This document shows, piece by piece, positions 11,503 to 24,271 of a stretch of 64,000 nucleotides of DNA (its first letter is position 1; each line of letters starts with the position of its first letter). The stretch spans positions 1 through 64,000 of the forward strand of contig JAPEUG010000034.1 in the NCBI GenBank assembly GCA_026025795.1, given 5' to 3'. This DNA comes from Thelocarpon superellum (Eukaryota). Position numbers and translations under genes: made by a program. The notes beneath the pieces are model-generated. The model searched no databases. It worked only from the letters and a program-made list of their open reading frames with translations, and was not told the DNA's origin.

Positions 11503-13300
11503 ATGTCTCTTGCTACGCCGACCCTGGACAACTTCTTGTCGTCTGTGTACAAACTACTCCAGTCAAAGGATGCCGTGCAATTGCGGCGCTATCTGCTCGT
11601 CGAGCCACCCTTGCCCGACATCTATTCCATGATGATCACGGAGCTCCGCCAGGCCTTTCCGGCCCCCCGGGCCGAGGCCTTGTCCCGGAAATGCGAGACC
11701 CTCCTCCCCGAGAACGTGGACCGACGCCCGGAGGATGAGGTGGGGTCGCCCTGGCCAGGCTTTCTCACCTTCATGAAGGAGTATCTGGAATATCTACGCG
11801 AGGTCAACGTGGAGAATCTCCTGGAGACGCACCAGCTGCTGAGCAGCTTGACCAAGTACGAGGCACAGATAACCCCCACCCCACGATAGACCGGCTGACG
11901 ACGGCGGCCTGTCTAGCCAATGCATCACGTCATTGTCTAATGCGTCCATGGGTCTGGTGGTGCTGCCCACGTGCCTGTCGCTCTCGGCCACGCTGGCACG
12001 GCTCGCCATGGGCCTGGACAAACGACCGGAGCTAACGGCCCACCTCATCCGGCGCAAGTCGATGGTCGACGCCGGAGACGATTCGGAGTCGAAACAGACC
12101 CTGGTGGAGGGCACGGCCGAGCTCCTGCAACGACCCTTCACCATCTGCTTGACGGATCGGACGGCCAGCGGCACAGGTATCGGTCGCGACGGTCGACCGG
12201 AGGGAAAGAAAGTGGGCATCTACCTGTTCGCCAACCTGGTGCTCAAGCTCTTGTTCCAGTGCCAGAAGACCCGCCTGGCCTCGCAGATCTTCACCAACAT
12301 CTCGCAGCACTCGCCGCCACTGGCCAGCTTCCCCGCCTCGCAACGGGTCACGTACCTGTACTACCTCGGCCGCTTTGCCTTTTCCAACAACCATTTCACG
12401 CGCGCCCAGACGACGTTGCAGGCGGCCCACGATCAATGTCAAGTGCAGGGCGTGAGGCAGCGCCGCCTGATCCTGATCTATCTCATCAGCAGCAACATCA
12501 TCTTGGGACGATTCCCGACGACCTCGCTCCTACAACAACCGGAAGCGCGCGGACTTGGGCCCAAGTTTTGGCCGCTCTGTCAAGCCATTGGGCGAGGCGA
12601 CTTGGCCGGCTTCATCCAGAGTTTGGAGGGAGAGCATCACCAGTGGTTCTTGGCACGCGGCATCTTGCTGCCGCTGCGTAACCGATGCGAGGTGCTCGTC
12701 TGGCGCACGCTGGCGCGGAAGACGTATGTGATGAACGGGGTGCCGGGGGGCGAGAGCCGAAGGGCGCCAACCTTTTCCCTTTACGATTTCTTACACCTCG
12801 CTCGCTTCCTCCAGCAACGCTCTCAGTCCTCGTCATCGCGTGCGGGCAATGCGCTGACGAACGGACGGGTGCACATCAATTCCATCTTCTTGGCCGCCCC
12901 GGCTCCTGAGTCGAGGACGAGTCACGCTCAACTCTCCCCCGATCCGGATCTAGTGGACGGCGACCAGGCCGAGAGCGAGAGCGAGAGCGAGAGCGATCTC
13001 TCTCTTCCCAGCATGTTGGATGTCGAATCGATCCTCGCATCACTCATCGCTCAAGGCCTCCTCCATGGCTTTTTGAGTCACAAGCTGCTCCGATTCGCCA
13101 TCCTGGGGTCCAAGAGCAAGGGCGCGCTCAGTGCCGGCTTTCCCGCTCCGTGGAGCGTGCTCAAGCCACGAGAGGACCAGGCGGTGCCCGGATGGGTCAA
13201 AGAGGAGTCCCGCGCGCCCATGATGGCGGGCCGGGCAGTCGGGCCGGGCATGGTGGTCAACCTGAGTGGGGCTCGACCGGCGGGTGCCTTTTCCGCTTGA
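11503..13300 (+). CDS. PCI-domain protein, CSN12/PCID2/Thp1-like
   Basis: KKVGIYLFANLVLKLLF, SQRVTYLYYLGR and winged-helix end VESILASLIAQGLLHGFLSH. One intron at ~11855-11917. Confidence 0.85.
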
Positions 13301-13738
13301 GCTCCATTCTCTCCTGTTGTGATTTGAGCGACATGATGAGGACGTTTGCCTCTCTACTTCTGTATCCAGCTCGTCCTATTCGAAAGCGCTCACCCTCGGT
13401 CGCGGCTGTTCCACGCAATGAAAGTAGGTATCAGCCATATGATTTAGAGGCTACCTGGTCCCGCACGTAGGTCATGTGGTTATCGACCCATCCATTTGTA
13501 AAAGCGTAAAGTCGCCGGAGAGTTGGTGCGTCCGACACTAAACTCCATCTGTCGCAAAATCATGTCTGAGCGGATGAAAGGACCTACTATTGGTAAAGAA
13601 GTCTTGTCACAGCGGATGAGCGGGTTCAAGTAACCGTGGCGGCGTGCGCGTTTGATATGGTGACGGTGTGGTGTTAGTTGTACGGCACGCTTGCTAGGCC
13701 AGGTGCGCCGTCTCTTGCCGCAACGCGACTCTTCTCCT

Positions 13739-13828
13739 TGTAGGAGCGCACACGTGATCTGGTCACGTGCCCAATCCTATCACTATCCCGACTACGCGTA
13801 GATTAGCAATTCAGCTCTGATTCCTACA
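13739..13828 (-). mobile_element. 90-bp TG..CA element, copy 2
   Basis: Termini TGTAGGA...TCCTACA, flanked by direct repeat TCCT (13735-13738 and 13829-13832). Opposite orientation to copy 1. Confidence 0.85.
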
Positions 13829-14172
13829 TCCTTAACATTCCAACAAGTTGATTGACGGACAGCCCAGACCATCCAAGGTTCGCCCAGGCGTTAGGCAGAT
13901 CCATTATCAGCCCAAAGGCTGTACATTCCTTGGCTCATCGGCTCTCGCGTTCTTTGTCGGCGCTTCATGTCGCGTTCTACGTGTCGACGGCACGTGACGG
14001 ATGATTTCGTTCAGCTATCACGTATGAGGTCAACAATGACGTCAGTCCGGAGGGACATCCTTCGTCAAGGAACTGAGACACTTCTGCTTGGCCATGCCCT
14101 CTGCCGCATTCATCCTACACTTTCCATCTTACCCCCGTAAAGGTGCCAGAATACCGAACCCGTCTTTTCATC

Positions 14173-16880
14173 ATGTCTGCGCCCGGTGGGGACACTTCCG
14201 GTCAAAGTCATCGACCTTCCGACCCCAACCTTTGTGACCCCTCCCATCCTGCCACAGGACCAGCCACATCGACGGCTGGACCACACAAGCACAACCTGCT
14301 CAATAAGATGGACCCTCGCGTCGACTCGGATCTTGATGGATCACGAACGAGTGGGTCAAGCCAGCCCTCGAACTCAAACCTACATACGCCGTCCTCATCC
14401 TGGAGTGCTCCGAGCTTTGTCGGCGAGGACCAGCGTTCCCCAGATCCAGCGCCACCTTCCCCCGAGGGAACTGCACGTGGGGTATCAAGCCTACCCGATA
14501 CCGCCTACGGTGCGACCCCAGGCGCTCCAGACACGAAAGTCGACCCACGCATCGATCAGCCCACTGCAGAAGGGACTCAAACACCGCCTGACAGCGAGAT
14601 GACAGGAGCGACCAGGGTTGCTCCTGGCCCCAGGTCTGAAAAGCATGTGGCATCTCGTGGAGCTCCACCGCCTTCAGTCTCCGAAAAGGAAGTGGCCCCC
14701 AGCATGACCGCCAGTGCACCGGCGGGGTTGCACAGCGCGCCGACAGAAAGTCACAGCCTTGCTACCGCCGACCACGAGGAGAAAGGGACGGCTCAGGAAG
14801 ACCACGACGAGAGCGAAGTCAAAGATCTTGGCTGGAACCAGCATGTCGACCAAGTCCCCGCTCCGCTGGTCGGGGGCCTCCCCAACGAGGAGGTGTGGAC
14901 CTTGGTTCGACGATTCAACAAGGTGGGCGATGCTTGAGGGCGTTTCCGGATCGTGGCTGACATGTGGAACTGCAGCAAATGTACCACGTCAAGGCGACGC
15001 CCACGGCTCCACCGGGAGGTCTGGATCTCAATATCGCCGAGGATGAGGAATTCTCTCCGGACAAGCTGCGAAGCAATATCGAGCGACTTTATATGACGGT
15101 GGTATGTACGCAAATTCCCCGGGCGGATGGTCTGCTGATGACACGGAGATTGTTGGCATGGCTGCGTTTGTCAAACACATCGCACGTCTACGATCGTGGA
15201 ATGAGACTCGACGGACGGCGTCGTTCTGCACGGTACGTGATAGTGGTTCGAGTCGCGTCCGCGCGTGTCTGACAGGATCAGGTGTACTATCTCGCGTGGT
15301 TCTTTGACATCATTGGCCCAGTCTTCTTATCCACGATGCTCGTTTTGATCGTCTACCCTCCGTCGCGCAAGATTCTGTTTCCTCCGGCCCCACTGGCCCT
15401 GGTAGACGCGTCCACAGGAGGGATGAAGAAGCCCACGGCAGGTATGCTCGGCAGTCATGATAGCATGACGGGGGCGCCGGAGAAGCACCAAGGAGAAGCG
15501 GTGGAACAGGAGGCCCATAATTTCGTCACGGGCCTGACGTCGATTGGCTTGAGCAGCGCGACGGGGAAACACCCGGAAGATACGGCGCATAAGGACGGAG
15601 TCGTTGAGGATACCGTACCGGATCCGACGAACCTCGCCACGGGAGCCGCCAATGCTCGAGAATCGGCCAAAGGAGGGGATCCTACTACGACACACGACAA
15701 GTCCAAGCAGCCCATGGAAGTGGCCATGTGGCAGAAGGCACGACCGGTGATGCACATCCTGGCGAATATTGCGGACACGTGGGAGCGATTTGCCAAGTGT
15801 GTCACCCCGTGATGTAAGGTTGATGAAAGCTGACGTTTCAGTGCGCTCTCGCCCACGCCCCCCTTTCCGCGCGATGCCGCACGCCTTCGACTAGGCGCAA
15901 TTCTGGGGTCCGCTATTCCCGTGGCGTTCATGACGACCTCGGCCGTGGCGGTGAAAGCGACGGGCTTCATCATGGGTGCCGTCTTCTTCGGAGATCCCAT
16001 CACGTCGCGGGGACTGAAGCTACTCAACGAGAAGGTGCCGCACTGGGAGCGATTCCTGGACATTCGCAACACGCTGCTCCTCGGCGTGCCGACCAACGCA
16101 CAACTCACAGTGACGCTGCTCCGCATAGGCGAAGCCAACCGCGCGCCCCTCCCGCCTCCACCCCAGTCCGACGCGCCGCCCTCCTCTCGCCCCCCATCGC
16201 TCCACGGCGACGACGTGCCAATGGACGTCTCGCACGAAGAAGTACAAGACGCCATCCACCCTGAGGCACCAACGCCATCGTCCACATCTCCCACTGGAAG
16301 CGATAAGAAGGGCGGCAAGAAAGTCACGGCGGGCACGCGCATCCTGGGCTTCTTCAAGCGCACGACGCGCATCGGGGTAACGACGACGCTAGGCGCGGAC
16401 CGGTTCAAAGCGGCTGCGGGATCCGGGCACGCGCGCAATCGGCTCGGCGTGCTGCCGAAACCCAACGAAGACCCCTTCTCAGGCCCGGTGGACTTCAAGG
16501 CGCGCTACCAGGGGAAGAGAGGATCGATCTATCTCAGCACGGCGGGGAGCGACACGCCTTGTCTGACCTTTACGCGGGAGGGTGAATCGGCACCACCACC
16601 ACCGTCCACTACTGCAGCCACCGACGCCACCGCCGCGGACACGAAGAAAGCAGCGCCGCGCATCCCACTCACGAGCATCACATCCATCAAGAAACTCAAC
16701 GGGCTAGGCTGGAAAGTGAAGCTGGTAGTGGGCTGGGCAATGACAGATCGCGAGGTGGCGGACGGGATCGAAATCGAGGATGGGCAGGGGAACTCGTGGG
16801 TCTTCACGGCCATGCAGAAGCGCGATGAGCTTTTCAATCGCCTCGTTGCTGTCGGTGGACAGATTTGGGTGAGTTACTGA
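14173..16880 (+). CDS. DUF3292-like membrane protein (about 5 exons)
   Basis: KDLGWN, GGLPNEEVWTLVRRFNK, DEEFSPDKLRSNIERLY, LFPPAPLALVD, GVPTNAQLTVTLLRIGE and RDELFNRL; canonical introns. Confidence 0.8.
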
Positions 16881-16993
16881 GCGTGGGCGTGGTTATAGTG
16901 TATGTTTACATGTGTCCCTTGCTCTCTCTCTCTCTCTCTCTGTGTCGTTTTCGGGTATGAAGTAGATCAAGTAGAAGAGTGTGCATGTCATCT

Positions 16994-17737
16994 CTAACTG
17001 TCATTTCTCATCCTCTTTCGACTTCGTTCCAGCACCCCTCCGCCCGAGGCACTCCTCTTTCCCCCTGATTTCTCGCCTCCTCGTGAAGAGGAGGAAGGGC
17101 CAGACAGCAAGCTCGCCACCCTCTCCGCCCCGCGTCCAAGGCCCGTAAACTCCTCACCACCGTACACCTGTCTCGTCCCCCCACCCTCCTCTCCGTCCCA
17201 CGCGCCGCTCCTGTTCTTCTTCCCCTTTGCCTTGCTCTTCCCCTCTTTGGGCAGGCGCACGAAATTCGCCTCTTCGTACTCGCGCCGCTCCTGTGCTTCT
17301 TGTCGCGCGCGCTGCGTGTTCCCTTTGCTCCCTCGCCTGCCGGACGATGAGAGCATCGTGCTTCCGATGGACGGCTCCGCGACGGGCGTGCTTGATAGTT
17401 CCGTCGTTAGGAACTCTGTGAGTGTTGCCGAGGCTCGATGGGCTTTGTTGGTGTGAGATGAGGTGGCGAGGGAGGACGGGTGGGATGTGGAGTGGGAGGC
17501 GGACAGGGAGAGGGAGGTCGGTGTGATTCGTGGCGGCTTGTACGCCTGTGATGTGCTGCTTGATTGTGCAGCAGTAGGAGCAGGTGGTGGGGAGGAGGTG
17601 CGTCCCACTCTGTTGGTGGAGATGCGTGTGCTCGAGGATGGTCGAGTGGCTCGGGCAAAGGCGGATGGATTGGGCCGGTACGAGAGCTCGTCGATGCTCG
17701 TCATCGCGGGTTCGGTTCTTGATGCGTCTTCGTCATC

Positions 17738-17771
<34 letters not shown>

Positions 17772-18274
17772 TCCTCGTCGTGCGATTCTTCGTCTTGGTC
17801 ATCCTGCTTGGTGCCATTCGCCTCTCGCACGGCCAGCTGGTCCTCCTCCTCAGCCGCTCGCACGACCTTGTCGATCTGATATTTCAGTTTCCCTTCCAAC
17901 GGTCGCACTCCCCGCTCAAGATAAATTCGTAATTCGACCAGCATCCGGCGTATTTCGTGTTCCAGCGTCTCCTCTTCTGGTGTTGTGACGACAGCTGGTT
18001 GGTCTGGTCCTGCATCTTCCGCTCGGGGCTCCGGCGCCGTCGAAGAGGTTGCAGTGGGGGAATTTCGATGATGGCGGAGTTTCACGAGGATGAGAAAAAT
18101 AAGATGGTGCAGATAGGAAAGTAGAAGTTCATTCTTGGTCTCGAGGAGCGAGATTCCCTCGGCCCCGGTGACGGTCGATATATCTCCGGATGAGTCGGCC
18201 GGTAAGGAGGTCGACGCGGATGTCAGAGAGGTGGTCAGCGACTGGAGGAGCTCCGGCAGCGCAGGTAATGCCAT
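16994..18274 (-). CDS. LCP5: Sas10/Utp3/C1D family U3 snoRNP protein (Lcp5/neuroguidin-like)
   Basis: EGISLLETKNELLLSY, LVELRIYLERGVRPLEGKLKYQIDK, YRPNP, YKPPRI and YEEANFVRLP; internal poly-Asp tract. Confidence 0.85.
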
Positions 18275-19120
18275 GTTTGACGTCCCTTGCGATGTGCCTT
18301 CGTGGTGGTGCGTCGTGACCGTGAGGACTGCATGGGGAAATAATTCGAACTGAGATCTTGCTTACCGCGAATTCTTTCCCACTGAAGGCGGAGTATTCGT
18401 GGGGCATGTGTCGGTCCAGCTGTGTTGGTGGCGGTGGTGGCTTGGCTCGCCTACTCTTCCATCCCAATATCACCACCACTTACCCAGCGCGCCTTGAGAG
18501 CTGTCCGTCTCTGTCACAGACAGCCATAAGCGGTAAAGATCTGAGCCATGAAGAGACAGTATTCTGACGTTCTTGCCTTTGCCCTTGTCGCATTCCCAGG
18601 GTCACGGTATGGGTGCGTGATTCTTGAGATGTACAGTATCTGGCATTGGCTGGTTTTTGGAGATAAGAGCAGACTCATACATGCTCATCGTACCATTACA
18701 GTCAACCCGTTACATTGGAATATCTGTCACGTGAGTGACCTGCCTGTGCAGTCAGGTGACCAGGGAATAGCCCGGGTACATCTCACTGTAGGCTACCTAG
18801 CTATATGAAACCATCAACTCACAAGCATCCTGCCGAAGGCATAACAATCTTGAAGGACGGCGGAATCATCCCACCATTGCCCAACACGTCTCAATCGGCA
18901 TCGTGGGATGATGACTGCGTATCTTAGCGACAGTAACGGGTCTGAGTATCGCAGCACCAGCAGATCAAATTACGTCGCTTGTCTGCCCACGAGGTTGGGG
19001 CGCTGTCAGATCCTCCTTGAGAGTCTCTGACCTGCAGTCACCAGCCTCGATGCGGGTCACTCCCAGCCTGGAGGCAGGCAAGCCTGTCCATCTTCTTCGA
19101 ACGTTGCTGCTCTACCTCCT

Positions 19121-20050
19121 ATGCACATGGTCTTAGCACAGCTTCGTGTCCCGTACATCAAGCGACTCGACTCGGTCGTGGTTCAGGCGACGCTCGACCT
19201 GCTCGACCAGCAACGTATTGCACGCCTGACGGACATATTGGCAGGCTTCGATCGCGACCACATTTTCGCAAAGCACCTTCTGGACGTGGGTGCAAACGTG
19301 ACATTTAATACATACGCTGCCGCATTGGCCAAGGCAAGGGACGACGTCTTTGCCTTTGCGGCTTCGCGCCTCGCACCCCGTCAGATGCGCCACGCGGCGG
19401 CGACGGCCCTGCATGGTATGGAGATCCATCATCCCTGGTCGAAAGTGTTCCACAATGTGTCGGCGACCTTAACCCTCCCCCACGCTCCTTTCAGCACGGT
19501 CCGTAGGGAAGAACAGATGCCGAGAGCGTTCAAGGGGTGGCAGCGGTTGAACCCCGACTTGGCTATCACCATCTTCGACGACCAGGACATGGACACCTGG
19601 CTACACCAGAATCTGACTACCGACGGCCCGTTTGGTCGGCAAAGGACGAACCTCTGGGAACGGGACTTTCAGCTGCTACGACCCGTGCTCAAGTCGGACT
19701 TGTTTCGCTACCTCGCCATCTTCGTCCACGGCGGCTGGTACGGCGACTCGAGCTCGAGCAGCGTCGAGCCCATTGAGAAATGGGGCAACAAGGGCCCGAC
19801 GTGTGACTGGACCGATCCGGTCCTGCCGTAGCTCACCTCGCAAGCGCAACGGATCGTGACATCGAGGCGAGCTCCAGGTCCCGGTCCAAGACCACCGGGC
19901 CCAACGATGCCCCACGCTCGTGATTGCGATGGAGACCTCCGTGACCCGAGACCACAAGCAGCGCGGCCATCTTGTGCAGGGGAGTTTCGGCGCTGCGGCG
20001 GGCCAGCCGGTCTTTCTCGACCTCATCTAGCGAATCGTGGACTTTTGGAG
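19121..20050 (+). pseudogene. Glycosyltransferase family 32 (Och1/Hoc1-like alpha-1,6-mannosyltransferase) relic
   Basis: WQRLNPD, VLKSDLFRYLAIFVHGGWYGD with the DxD position read as DSS. TAG at 19829-19831. After a frameshift the homology continues as PTLVIAME...VQGSFGAAAGQPVFLDLI*RIV (TAG at 20028-20030), then truncates. Confidence 0.75.
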
Positions 20051-20127
20051 GTGCTCTTAGAATTCTGGTGGTCGGCGTTTCTGGTGTGTTGGGAGTCAAA
20101 TGTTCGCTGATTCATTCGTCTTCTTAC

Positions 20128-20182
20128 CATCGTCCTCCTCATCGTCCTCCTCATCGTCCTCCTCATCGTCCTCCTCATCGTC
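20128..20182. repeat. Tandem 12-mer (CATCGTCCTCCT) x4.5
   Basis: Directly visible between the GT32 relic and the 3' end of the APSES gene. Confidence 0.9.
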
Positions 20183-20411
20183 ATCCGTCTCCATAACGCC
20201 CATCACACCTCAGCCATGCAACTAAATGAAAGCCCGGATCTCCCCGTCATGCAACGACCAAGGAAAGAGAAAAAAGGAAAACGCATGTACACCTCTCTTG
20301 TTGTTCATCCTCCTCATTATAATCTTCTCCTCCGACCATTTCCACGTTCTATGATTTCTTACTCCCCCACTCCACAGTCATTCTATAGACCATACCATGC
20401 ACGTGATCCTC

Positions 20412-21945
20412 TTACCATGTTGATGCCCGCCGTCGTTTATTCGGGTGTTGACTTGCCAGACTGTGATCGTCCTCATGGAGACGCATGAGGAGATAGGCCG
20501 CGTGCGCATCGTGGGAGACCTCGGCCGAGATGGCTGGGAGGTCCACTTTTCCGCGTCGTGAAGGAGGATTTGAGCTTCGTTCATGCGTTTCGTCATGAGT
20601 CTCGTCACGTTGGTCATGTCTGCCCTGTCCGTCCGGTACTTTCTCATTCCCATCCTCGCCGTTGCCGCCGGACGGTACCCGCTTGACCCGTCGTTCCATC
20701 GTCCTCGTCGCAGGTCTCGACACGATGGGCGTCTGGACGGCAGAAGCAGGCGTAGCATGACTGGAGCTCGTGGAAAACGCGGTGGTAGACTTGGGCGTCA
20801 CACACTCCCAATCCCCTCTGTGCGACGCCACTTGCGGGCTGGCGAGAAAGCCATCGCTCTCGTCCGTGTCCGTGCCATATCCACTTTCCGTGTACCCCTC
20901 ACATTTCCCCATCTGCTTCCGCAAACTCGGCGCCGGACCCAGCCGCGGCGTCGGATGCCCGCTGCGCACCGATGAGGCCTCCCTTGAGCAGGTAGCAGTG
21001 GCCGCAACAGCCTCGGCCCGGTATCGCTCCGCCTCGCGGGTGCAGTACTGCACGATCTCACGGTCGATGACCATTCGGCCAAAGGCAGGGTCCTCTGGCG
21101 ACAGGCAGAGCTCGACAAAGTCCACGCCAAAGACAGGGATCAATGCGTACCGAATCGGGTGGCAGAAGGTCGCGGCCACTGCTTTGGCGGCCTCATATGG
21201 CATCCAGTATCCTAGCCCCGTCAGCGCGTGGTCTTCGTCCTACTGCCGCCTCCCTTCCCACCTTGAGCCGCCAATGCGCCACCCGTGATGCTGTGGCAGA
21301 TGTCGCGAAGACCCGGGTTACTGTTGAGCATCTTTGCTGGCGTCGTCTGGAGAAGATGAGACGATTTCCTTCTTCGTCCATGGGCATACTCACCTTGGAG
21401 TATTTGCAGCATTTGAAAAAGGGCGTGATTCGCACCAATCCAATGTTGTAGTCCCAGATGACCGTGTACTCTTTGTGCTCACCCACCACCTTGAAGGTGT
21501 ACTGGAAGACTATTCCCCACGTCAGCGCCGGACCCATCCTCCCATCAGAGGTGCCGTCACCTTCGAAGCTCTCACGCCCCGTCTTTTCCAAGAAGCCTTT
21601 CTTGTCCGAGTTGTATGGAATATGTCGAGCGTACATCTTGATCTGTCCCAAGGGGAACAGACTCATGCGTTGCATCTGGCCTCGGACGGCCTCGTCGACC
21701 GCTTCGTGGGGCTCGAAACGGACCTCTCCTCGAGTCTTGCCCTTGATGAAGCTGGGTGCATCTTTGGTCAGCTTGGCCTTGACCGGCACCGCGCCACTCG
21801 TCGTCGCTGGCGACGAGGGCGAGCAAGGTGATGCGTCGGCAGATGGAGTGAGATAGTCGATGGGCGTGAAACGCGTCGAGCGTGCCGTCGTCGTCGCCGT
21901 CCCGTCCGAAGGCAGCGGATTGAGCAGCGAAGCAACAGTCACCAT
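20412..21945 (-). CDS. APSES/KilA-N domain transcription factor, Xbp1-like
   Basis: Start [75 protein letters not shown]; three introns. Confidence 0.88.
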
Positions 21946-24271
21946 GGCGACCTTGACCCTGGCCCTGGATCTGGACCCGGACGCTTTACCACGCTCAACT
22001 CGCGAGCGGATTGGTCGGAGGATCGAGGGAGATAATGACTGAGCGCTGGGACTGGGACGGTGGTCATGGAGGACTACCCGTGGGTCTAGTCCCGGCTGGG
22101 ACGGACCTGTCTGCTCCGGGTCTCTCCCGCCTGACGCAGTGCTGCTGTTGCTGCTGCTGCTGCAGGATGGAGCCAGTCCGTGGCAAACAGGGATGTGACC
22201 GCCGTCATCGCCGTCGACGTCGTCTGTCCCCGTGCACAACATCCTAAGGTAGGCCAAGCGTGAGTCCACGCGTCTGGAGGGCGGGGAAAGGCGGCGGGGG
22301 AGAACGAGCAGGCCGCGGTGCGAGTCCGGTTCTTTCCGGTCCCTGACCGCCTCGCCCTCCAGTAGCCGCGGATAACAAAAGCGCTACGCTTGTCGGGAGC
22401 CTTTCATGTCTTGGACCTGCATGTCCTTGGGCAGATACGAGCATGGGTGGGGTCATGGCGTGGATCGATGTGATTGACGTGAGCAGAGATGGCAGAGGGA
22501 GATGTCGAGGCGTCTGGGTTAGAATGTCCGGTCTGGTCTTGTCTAGTCCACGCTTGGGAATCGATCACCAGCCCCGACGAAACGTTCTCGAGATCGTGAG
22601 TCAGGCGACCGTCACTCCCTCGAGGCGTCAGGGAGCACAGCAACAAGCACGGCCCTGCCCAGCCGTTCAGTCACCGCCAATCAGTCTCTCTCTCCCCCCC
22701 CTCATGAGTGCATTGATCGAGAAGGACTCGCATCCGGACAGCTGGCGTCGGGGGTGGCCCGTCGAGGCGGGTCCCGTTGACCCCTCTCCTCCCCGTCACT
22801 TCGTTCTTCACGCGTCGCGCGCTCAGCCCTGCACCTTTCCCCGGAAAAGAGGAGTTGATTGCTGCATGAACAACGCAACCACCCCGGCGCTGCTGCGGGC
22901 GCCGGCGCGGACACGGACGCAGGCACAGGGAGGTTGAGGACATGGTAGGTGGGAAAAATACGGGGCCATGTCGGTGACGAGACCTCATTCGTCAGAGGGC
23001 CGCGGAGCAAACAGAGGCAGCATGGGTCGCCGGCACGGTCACGGTCGATGCCGCGCTTGGTCCAGCCGGGCCGGCAAGGTCGAAGAGAGCCCCACGCAGC
23101 GCGCACGCCCTGGACCCCCATCCCGCGTCGAGCCTAGAGCATCTGGGTGTCTGGGCGTCTAGGTGACGTGCTGGCGAGTGGCTTGCTGGACCGCGGCTGG
23201 CTGCAGGACCAGTGTCACCGGTAGTTCGGCAGGTAGCCGAGGGGGCAGGGCGCTTGCTGGTCAGGCCTAGTGCCAGGTGGCGAACAAATGGACAGATCGA
23301 CGGACGGACAAGCTATTCCGCCGGGACCCACGGGCGCCTGAGCCGGAGCCAGGGCCAGAGGGCATGTTGGACAAGCAGGGGAGCGAAGGCGTGGTGTTGC
23401 TTTTGGTCAGACACGCTCAAGACTCGATGCATCTGTCTCACCTAGGCCATCTAGACGGTCCCTACCCATGGTCCTTGTCGTCGCCCTGTCGCCTTACAGA
23501 CAGGGTCTGGGGGTGGCTGTGGGCATGGACGGGCGGGTCTGGATCATACTCTCTTTTCCCGTAGCTCCGTCCCCTTCCTAGGGAACGGCCATGAGAGAAG
23601 ACGCCACGCACCACGCACGAAGCTCCACACATCGCACATCACGCCCTGTGAGCCTTCCTTCTCTCTGCGCCGCTCCGTCACCGACCGCAGCATACCAGGG
23701 TCATCAAAGGAACAATGAATGAGGCCGGTCGGATCCAGAACCTTCTACGTCAGCTTCTACAGACCGGCACTCGATCCGGCAGTGGAGCGATCCCTCGTCT
23801 CCTGCAGGGCTGAAGGTTGACAACATGGACACCCGTAAGCATACTCTCGTGAACGTGCACGCAATCTCTTCGCATTCCTACCAGAACCTAACATGGGGCA
23901 GAGGACCGCATGGGCGTATCTGCTCGTCTGCTCTCGAGCTCACTGCTCGCCTGGACTCTACACCGCCGTATCCCCGCACCGTGTGGACGGCACGACGACC
24001 CCAAGAGAGCAAAGCTTGTGGCTACGCGGGTCCGCGCGCGGATGCTGGCAGGTCGAGGGAACTAAACATTCCTAGCGGATGGATGCTACAGATAGCGCAA
24101 GCAGGGAAGAACCAGGGAACCACAAGACAGAAAACCACCAAAGGAAAAAGATGCCACACTTGCCACAACACGTCCAGCGTGACCAATAGACTGCCTCGCC
24201 CCTTGCACCGACCCTCCGTAACGAACCCCCTCCTACCTGAGCGCCATTCTCGTGACGGACAGCGCGGACGC

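Noticed and set aside
5810..13828. The two inverted 90-bp copies as TIRs of one 8-kb cargo-carrying transposon
   Set aside because: Each copy has its own self-contained termini and its own TSD; the outer flanks (TGTT vs TCCT) do not match; no transposase lies inside.
13995..14080. GATGA...CTGA segment resembling a C/D snoRNA
   Set aside because: Imperfect C box, no terminal stem and no rRNA-antisense element recognised; more likely promoter sequence (contains TGACGTCA).
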